Below, one piece after another: positions 59,267 to 64,000 of a stretch of DNA of 64,000 nucleotides. The DNA is from a virus, in IMG/VR virus record IMGVR_UViG_3300032294_002710, positions 70,853-134,852 of that record; one strand, written 5' to 3'. The position numbers and the translations under genes were made by a program. The stretch's first letter is position 1. Each line of letters starts with the position of its first letter. The notes under the pieces were generated by a model. That model was not told the origin of the DNA. It did not search any database and was given only the letters and a program-made list of their open reading frames with translations.

Positions 59267-59590
59267 ATGAAACATATTTCCGGAATTAATGAGTCTTTTA
59301 AAGACAGAAGAAGAAAAGAAATTGAGGCAGAAATTGCTAGAAAACAAAAAGAACTTGATGAATTGCAAAATTCTGAAAATGATGCAGTAATTGAGTTAAG
59401 TGATTATACAACAGAAGATAAAGTTAAGTTCTTTGATAGGATGTATAAGATGGCCGCAGAACACTTACAAAGTGCTGAGGATGGTCGTGTAGATGATGAT
59501 GCTGAACATTGGTTTTTTGAGGAAGGATTTGGAATTTTGAACCTAAAAGACAAAAGAAAACTTTGGAATTTCTATAATGAACTTATTTAA
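59267..59590 (+). CDS. Hypothetical protein
   Basis: MKHISGINESF. Confidence 0.7.
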   Translation: MKHISGINESFKDRRRKEIEAEIARKQKELDELQNSENDAVIELSDYTTEDKVKFFDRMYKMAAEHLQSAEDGRVDDDAEHWFFEEGFGILNLKDKRKLWNFYNELI

Positions 59591-59595
59591 CTACT

Positions 59596-59970
59596 ATGAT
59601 AATAAAAAAATTTAATGAATCTGTTGAAAGTCCTAAAGTAAGACTTGCAGAATATTGTGAACTTGAAGGTGATTGTAATAATTACGATCTATATGAGCTT
59701 TTTAAACAACACACTGGAATTGAATTAGAGTTTGAGGCTGGTCAAGAATATGGAACAGGTTGTTATGGGCTAATTAGATTTATGGATAATAATCCCAAAT
59801 CTACTTATAGATTTTATCCTACTCTAGAAGAATTAGAAGATAAGATTCAAAAATATAAAGATAAAAAACTTGGTAAATATGAATATATCACTGCCAATGA
59901 TATAGTAAACTACTTTAGAAGAAAGGGAATTCTACCTGAAAAAGATTTTCTATTTAACGTTGACTATTAA
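59596..59970 (+). CDS. Hypothetical protein
   Basis: MIIKKFNES. Confidence 0.7.
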   Translation: MIIKKFNESVESPKVRLAEYCELEGDCNNYDLYELFKQHTGIELEFEAGQEYGTGCYGLIRFMDNNPKSTYRFYPTLEELEDKIQKYKDKKLGKYEYITANDIVNYFRRKGILPEKDFLFNVDY

Positions 59971-60029
59971 TGTGTAATTTCAAACTTTATTAGAAACTTT
60001 ATATACAAATAAAAACTAAATTAAATAAA

Positions 60030-60452
60030 ATGATTAAAGAAGGTAGTAAAGTTAAAGCCCATTATACTGGTCGTTTAACGAATAATGATGTTTTTGACAC
60101 ATCGTTGAGAGATGGTCGTGAGCCATTAGAGTTTGTAGTTGGTGAAGGATCACTTATTCCAGGATTTGAAAATGGTATAATGGGTTTGTCTAAAGGAGAC
60201 AAGAAAACTGTAAATATACCACCATCTGAAGCTTATGGGGAATACAGACAAGATTTGTGCTTAACAGTTCCAAAGACTAATGTGCCACCTGGTATTCAAG
60301 TTGGACAAACACTTCAAGCTAATACAGATGGTCAAATGGTTCCATTTATTGTTAGAGAAGTGATGGAGAATGAAGTTATTGTTGATGCGAATCATCCATT
60401 AGCTGGTCAAGAATTGATTTTTGATATTGAAATTGTAGATATTGAAAATTAA
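60030..60452 (+). CDS. FKBP-type peptidyl-prolyl isomerase (SlyD-like)
   Basis: HYTG, FDTS, LIPGFE, AYG, DANHPLAG. Confidence 0.93.
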   Translation: MIKEGSKVKAHYTGRLTNNDVFDTSLRDGREPLEFVVGEGSLIPGFENGIMGLSKGDKKTVNIPPSEAYGEYRQDLCLTVPKTNVPPGIQVGQTLQANTDGQMVPFIVREVMENEVIVDANHPLAGQELIFDIEIVDIEN

Positions 60453-60483
60453 TTTGGAAGTTAAAAAAACTTCCTTATATTTG
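60453..60483 (+). promoter_or_regulatory. Bacteroidota-type sigma-A promoter
   Basis: TTTG-N19-TATATTTG. Confidence 0.75.
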
Positions 60484-60489
60484 TAAAAT

Positions 60490-60567
60490 AAAACAGAGAA
60501 CTCCGGTATGGTCTCAATCATTACTCAGAACCGGGCTTCGGAGAGTTACAAGTTGAGACTCTGTTTT
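60490..60567 (+). ncRNA. Candidate pseudoknotted small RNA
   Basis: aaaacagag/ctctgtttt, aactc/gagtt, ccggt/accgg, crossing gtctcaa/ttgagac. Confidence 0.5.
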
Positions 60568-60587
60568 TAAAAAAAAATTAAAAAATA

Positions 60588-60618
60588 TTTGAAAGATTAA
60601 AACTTTTTCATATATTTG
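60588..60618 (+). promoter_or_regulatory. Bacteroidota-type promoter of the third tRNA operon
   Basis: TTTG-N19-TATATTTG. Confidence 0.8.
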
Positions 60619-60663
60619 TATAAAATAACACAAAGAGACAAAAACTTTTTAATATATAAAAAA

Positions 60664-60777
60664 ATGAGAACAATGAATCTAAATATCACAAATTTGAACC
60701 TCACAATGGTGGTGAATAATACATTATGTATTAGAACCGCTGGTTCGGGTTGTGCAAAATTTGGATTTATCTCGTGA
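60664..60777 (+). CDS. Leader peptide 3 (MRTMNLNITNLNLTMVVNNTLCIRTAGSGCAKFGFIS), multi-amino-acid attenuator
   Basis: First 25 codons use only M,R,T,N,L,I,V,C, the set of downstream tRNAs. Confidence 0.88.
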   Translation: MRTMNLNITNLNLTMVVNNTLCIRTAGSGCAKFGFIS

Positions 60778-60804
60778 TGAATTGATATAATCCAAAAAAG
60801 ATAC

Positions 60805-60840
60805 AAACCCGAACCGTAAAAAGTTCGGGTTTTTTGTTTT
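60805..60840 (+). terminator. Attenuator terminator 3
   Basis: aaacccgaac/gttcgggttt + T run; 5' arm has a perfect 10-nt complement ggttcgggtt (60742-51) in the leader. Confidence 0.88.
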
Positions 60841-60844
60841 ATAC

Positions 60845-60919
60845 GCTCCCGTAGCCCAATTGGCAGAGGCAACAGACTTAAACCCTGTACAGGTATCGGT
60901 TCGAATCCGATGGGGAGTA
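60845..60919 (+). tRNA. tRNA with anticodon TAA (Leu), short variable region
   Basis: acaga-ctTAAac-cctgt. Confidence 0.75.
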
Positions 60920-60967
60920 CAAAAAGAGAAGGTGACATATCGCACTCTGAAAATGCGAAATGGTAAT

Positions 60968-61051
60968 GCCCAGGTGGTGGAATTGGTAGACACCCCGGTC
61001 TAAGAAGCCGGTGTCCGTAAGGACGTGAGAGTTCGAGTCTCTCCTTGGGTA
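60968..61051 (+). tRNA. tRNA-Leu(AAG)
   Basis: ccggt-ctAAGaa-gccgg; variable arm. Confidence 0.88.
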
Positions 61052-61119
61052 CGAAAGTTTTTAACCCCTTCCAGATATTTCCGCTGTTGTCTGGAAGGGG
61101 TGGAGACAAGGATTAAAAT

Positions 61120-61202
61120 ACCTTTGTGGCGAAATTGGTAGCACGCGCTGGTCTTAGAAACCAGTTCCGAAAGGAGTGTCGGTTCGAATCCGACTAAAGG
61201 TA
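61120..61202 (+). tRNA. tRNA-Leu(TAG)
   Basis: ctggt-ctTAGaa-accag. Confidence 0.92.
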
Positions 61203-61208
61203 CAAAAT

Positions 61209-61281
61209 GGTCTCTTCGTCCAACTGGACAGGACATCGGTCTTCTAAACCGAGGATATGGGTTCGAATCCCGTAGGGACTA
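61209..61281 (+). tRNA. tRNA-Arg(TCT)
   Basis: tcggt-ctTCTaa-accga. Confidence 0.9.
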
Positions 61282-61287
61282 CTAAAA

Positions 61288-61372
61288 GGATGGGTTGCTT
61301 TAGAGGCCGAAAAGTCTGGACTGTTAATCCAGTGTCGCAAGACCACCGTGGGTTCGAATCCCACCCTGTCCT
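61288..61372 (+). tRNA. tRNA-Asn(GTT) with long variable arm
   Basis: ctgga-ctGTTaa-tccag; gtc-gcaa-gac arm. Confidence 0.8.
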
Positions 61373-61385
61373 CAAAATTATATAC

Positions 61386-61472
61386 TGGCAGTTGGCCGAG
61401 AGGACGATGGCAGTGGACTGTTAATCCACCGTAGCGAAAGCTCCAACATAGGTTCGAATCCTATACTGTCAG
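61386..61472 (+). tRNA. tRNA-Asn(GTT) with long variable arm
   Basis: gtgga-ctGTTaa-tccac; agc-gaaa-gct arm; G73. Confidence 0.85.
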
Positions 61473-61483
61473 CTAACAAAATA

Positions 61484-61565
61484 CGGCAAGTACCAGCCCA
61501 TCCTGATAAGATGGAGAACTGTAGTTGGTATGTTGAAAACGTGGGTTCGAGTCCCACCTTGCCGA
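61484..61565 (+). tRNA. Non-canonical tRNA-Ile(GAT), D-arm rewired
   Basis: cggcaag/cttgccg; ccatc-ctGATaa-gatgg; taccagc pairs with gttggta. Confidence 0.78.
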
Positions 61566-61575
61566 CAAAGGATTA

Positions 61576-61649
61576 GCCTCCTTAGCTTTAATTGGTAGAG
61601 CACCTGACTTGTAATCAGGGGGTTGTCGGTTCGAGTCCGGCAGGAGGCT
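61576..61649 (+). tRNA. tRNA-Thr(TGT)
   Basis: cctga-ctTGTaa-tcagg. Confidence 0.93.
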
Positions 61650-61656
61650 CATATAT

Positions 61657-61739
61657 AGGAATAGTAATTGAAAGAGATACTTCGATCAAACTTCTAATTT
61701 GGCAACGAAACCAAAAACTCTTTTAAGATTTTCTTTCCT
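61657..61739 (+). ncRNA. Y-RNA-like RNA copy C
   Basis: agga/tcct, tagtaat, ttgaaagag/ctcttttaa, ATACTTCG motif. Confidence 0.55.
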
Positions 61740-61743
61740 TTAT

Positions 61744-61826
61744 GCACAGGTGGTAGAGTGGCGAATGCAACGGCCTGCAAAGCCGTAGTCGAAAGACCAT
61801 CGGGGGTTCGAGTCCCTCCCTGTGCT
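61744..61826 (+). tRNA. tRNA-Cys(GCA) with long variable arm
   Basis: acggc-ctGCAaa-gccgt; gtc-gaaa-gac arm; U73. Confidence 0.87.
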
Positions 61827-61832
61827 CAACTT

Positions 61833-61903
61833 GCCCCGGTGGCGTAATGGGAGCGTACTTGTTTTACATGCAAGTGGCAGTGGTTCGAATCCACTTCGGG
61901 GTA
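61833..61903 (+). tRNA. tRNA-Val(TAC)
   Basis: cttgt-ttTACat-gcaag. Confidence 0.87.
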
Positions 61904-61910
61904 CTAAAAT

Positions 61911-61984
61911 TGGAATATAGCTCAGTTGGTTAGAGCAATTCGCTGATACCGAATAGGTCGCTGGTTCGAGTCCAGCTATTCCAA
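61911..61984 (+). tRNA. tRNA-Ile(GAT)
   Basis: attcg-ctGATac-cgaat. Confidence 0.92.
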
Positions 61985-61989
61985 CAAAA

Positions 61990-62103
61990 ATGTATGGTGA
62001 TTAAAAGTGTTACTTCGTGAAATGGTTAACACAATTGTTTTAAACACAATTATTTACTGGTTCGAATCCAGTAGTATAAACCACTTTTAAACCTTTCCTA
62101 CAT
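61990..62103 (+). ncRNA. Y-RNA-like RNA copy D with tRNA-like domain (YrlA-type architecture)
   Basis: atgta/tacat, ttaaaagtg/cacttttaa, TTACTTCG, then D-arm, anticodon-like arm and T-arm actgg-TTCGAAT-ccagt. Confidence 0.7.
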
Positions 62104-62108
62104 TTAAT

Positions 62109-62193
62109 GCCGATGTGGCTCAGTGGCGACAGCACCGGTTTTGTAAACCGGAGACGATTTAGTCCAGCGGGGGTTCGAGTCCCTCCATCGGCT
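62109..62193 (+). tRNA. tRNA-Thr(TGT) with long variable arm
   Basis: ccggt-ttTGTaa-accgg. Confidence 0.85.
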
Positions 62194-62195
62194 CA

Positions 62196-62303
62196 ATGAA
62201 TGTGTGAATGCACGATAAACTAAAACGGCACCAGCGGAGACTGGAGTGGATATTGGAAACACATAACCACCACAAATGTAGGAGAATACCCTACCACATT
62301 CAT
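62196..62303 (+). ncRNA. tRNA-like structured RNA of unknown type
   Basis: atgaatgtg/cacattcat acceptor-like stem; gtagg-agaatac-cctac T-like arm; ccag/ctgg and gtgg/ccac hairpins. Confidence 0.5.
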
Positions 62304-62308
62304 CAAAT

Positions 62309-62382
62309 AGTCTTGTAGCTCAGTTGGTTAGAGCGTTTGGTCGACATCCAAAAGGTCATCGGTTCGAATCCGGTCAGGACTA
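62309..62382 (+). tRNA. tRNA-Val(GAC)
   Basis: tttgg-tcGACat-ccaaa (C33). Confidence 0.88.
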
Positions 62383-62387
62383 CAAAA

Positions 62388-62459
62388 GCCAATGTCGTAT
62401 AACGGCAATTACACACCGTTGGTATCGGTGAGACACCAGTTCAACTCTGGTCTTTGGCT
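62388..62459 (+). tRNA. tRNA-Thr(GGT)
   Basis: caccg-ttGGTat-cggtg. Confidence 0.85.
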
Positions 62460-62464
62460 CAAAT

Positions 62465-62554
62465 GCCTCAGTGGCGAAACTGGTTGAAACGCCTTAGTCT
62501 TAGGAACTAAGACCCAAGTGGTAAACGTTGTCGGTTCGAATCCGACCTGAGGTA
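62465..62554 (+). tRNA. tRNA-Leu(TAG)
   Basis: ttagt-ctTAGga-actaa; variable arm. Confidence 0.9.
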
Positions 62555-62571
62555 CAAAAAATATAATAAAA

Positions 62572-62775
62572 ATGGCAAAGTGGTATAACATAGTTAAAAG
62601 ATATAAAGGTGAATCTAAGAGTCACAAGAGATTTTATTCTTCCAGAGATATGATGGAGTTAAAAAGAATGATATCAGTTGCAAACTCGGAGGCTAAAAGA
62701 GGTTTGAGAAAACCTTATAAAGGAATCTCACCTTGTGGATGTGGAATGGAAGGATGTTTCATTTTGTATTCATAA
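62572..62775 (+). CDS. Small basic protein inside tRNA operon
   Basis: 67 aa between tRNAs; CGCGMEGC. Confidence 0.55.
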   Translation: MAKWYNIVKRYKGESKSHKRFYSSRDMMELKRMISVANSEAKRGLRKPYKGISPCGCGMEGCFILYS

Positions 62776-62780
62776 AAAAT

Positions 62781-62865
62781 GCCGAAATGGCGGAACTGGT
62801 AGACGCGCCGGCCTCAAAAGCTGGTGTCCTTAAAGGACGTGTGGGTTCGAGTCCCACTTTCGGTA
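62781..62865 (+). tRNA. tRNA-Leu(CAA)
   Basis: ccggc-ctCAAaa-gctgg; variable arm. Confidence 0.92.
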
Positions 62866-62870
62866 CAAAT

Positions 62871-62942
62871 GGCGATATGGTGTAACGGCAAGCTCACATG
62901 GCTCATATCCTTGAGGACCAGGTTCGATTCCTGGTATCGCTA
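62871..62942 (+). tRNA. tRNA(CAT), elongator Met or Ile2
   Basis: catgg-ctCATat-ccttg. Confidence 0.8.
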
Positions 62943-63005
62943 CCTTGAATTTTTTTAAAAATAAACCAAGATGGAGAAATTGTGATATAAAAATGAAATT
63001 TAAAA

Positions 63006-63275
63006 ATGGAATCAAACGAAGTAAAAAAAGAGTTATTGAAAAACAAAACAGTTGCTAAACTGAGTCACTATTGTGCTGGGAATTTATATTATCAAGTTCA
63101 ATTAGAATCTGGTTTATATCAATTTCCAATATCAACAATAGAATCTGAGTGTGAAGTTATTTCTTTATCTTCTGATCTTGGTACAACTCAGTTTGATTCT
63201 GAAATCAAGGCTTCATTTTTAAATAGATGGATTGATAAGGCTATTAAGAGTTCTGAATTTATAAAAGTTAATTAA
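63006..63275 (+). CDS. Hypothetical protein
   Basis: 89-aa ORF; GNLYY, YQFPI, DLGTT. Confidence 0.7.
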   Translation: MESNEVKKELLKNKTVAKLSHYCAGNLYYQVQLESGLYQFPISTIESECEVISLSSDLGTTQFDSEIKASFLNRWIDKAIKSSEFIKVN

Positions 63276-63615
63276 ACTTCTTATAGACTTCAGATTTTTG
63301 AAACCAAGTGTTGTTTTCGGATAATAGTTCAAAACTATTATGTGCTTGTTCACACATTTTTTTAAATTGTGAAATATCATAAGCGGAGAGTTTAAACCAT
63401 TCTCCGCTTATTTTTTTGTCTTGAAAAAATCTATGTAATTTTGATTCTATTTGAGTTCCCCATTTAGATTTATATTGATCAATTAATTCTAATTCTGAGG
63501 CATTTCCAGTCTTCATTTCTTTAATTCTTTGAAGTGGATTTCTTTTTGTATATCCAATTTTGTAACAAGTATCGCCTTCAATTGTAGATGAAATTAAATA
63601 TACACATATTTCCAT
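63268..63615 (-). CDS. GIY-YIG / T5orf172-family nuclease
   Basis: VYLI..YKIGYTK..RIKEMKTGN, E..LH, GEWF. Confidence 0.85.
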   Translation of the reverse strand: MEICVYLISSTIEGDTCYKIGYTKRNPLQRIKEMKTGNASELELIDQYKSKWGTQIESKLHRFFQDKKISGEWFKLSAYDISQFKKMCEQAHNSFELLSENNTWFQKSEVYKKFN

Positions 63616-63645
63616 TAAATATATATATGTAAATGTTCGTTCTAT

Positions 63646-64000
63646 ATGAATAAAAGTAAAAAGAAACATATAATATCATTTATTGATTATGCTTTAAATG
63701 AAACATTAAAATCTGATAAAATAGATATTGTTATAAAAAAATTAGAAAATTTTTTCAATAAAAGAGGGTTATATAAGAAGTCTAATTTTGGGGATGAAGT
63801 TAACTCACCATATTATCAAATTATAACAGATAAGGTAATGATGAATAGAATGTTAAGTGGTTATAAAGATAAAAATAATTCTTTGACAAAAAGTTTAATT
63901 AAGTCTGGTATTAATATAGACAATACAATTTCAGAATTAGAAAGACAAATATCCGAATTTAATTATGGTGATGTTTCAATATTCACAGATTTTAATAATA
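63646..64000 (+). CDS. Partial hypothetical protein (runs off window)
   Basis: MNKSKKKHIISFIDYALNE; AATATATA upstream. Confidence 0.6.
   Translation, partial: MNKSKKKHIISFIDYALNETLKSDKIDIVIKKLENFFNKRGLYKKSNFGDEVNSPYYQIITDKVMMNRMLSGYKDKNNSLTKSLIKSGINIDNTISELERQISEFNYGDVSIFTDFNN

Noticed and set aside
61065-61100. Strong hairpin ccccttccaga/tctggaagggg inside the third tRNA operon
   Set aside because: No T run and no tRNA arms; function cannot be supported
60597-63015. Minus-strand ORFs 60597, 60724, 61000, 62409, 62830
   Set aside because: Antisense to tRNA genes and leader 3
1-64000. Stop-codon reassignment as seen in some jumbo phages
   Set aside because: Core genes are intact in the standard code; no CTA/TTA/TCA suppressor tRNA found (61209 is Arg TCT)

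Overview
AT-rich segment of a large T4-like (jumbo) tailed-phage genome. The host is probably Bacteroidota, given many TTTG-N18-20-TATATTTG promoters. It encodes replication and nucleotide genes (Fpg/Nei glycosylase, ThyA, N-terminal half of a split family B polymerase, DinG-like and DnaB-like helicases, NrdAB, RuvC-like resolvase). It also encodes RNA-maintenance genes (Ro60/TROVE, TilS, Thg1-like, RlaP-like nucleotidyltransferase, GreA), virion proteins and about 35 tRNA or tRNA-like genes in two regions (52.0-54.3 kb, 60.8-62.9 kb). Main discovery: the tRNA genes form three amino-acid-sorted operons (Tyr/Glu; Ile/Gly/Ala; Leu/Asn/Thr/Ile/Val/Cys/Arg/Met). Each is preceded by a short unannotated leader peptide rich in the codons read by the downstream tRNAs, plus a competing antiterminator/terminator pair, which looks like ribosome-sensed attenuation of phage tRNA supply. 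Other candidates: tRNAs with a rewired D-arm, a four-member Y-RNA-like family tied to Ro60, mini-proteins made of capsid or portal fragments with a shared C-terminal helix, and over 25 proteins with a T4-like capsid-targeting N-terminus. All calls are by eye; no searches or folding programs were run.
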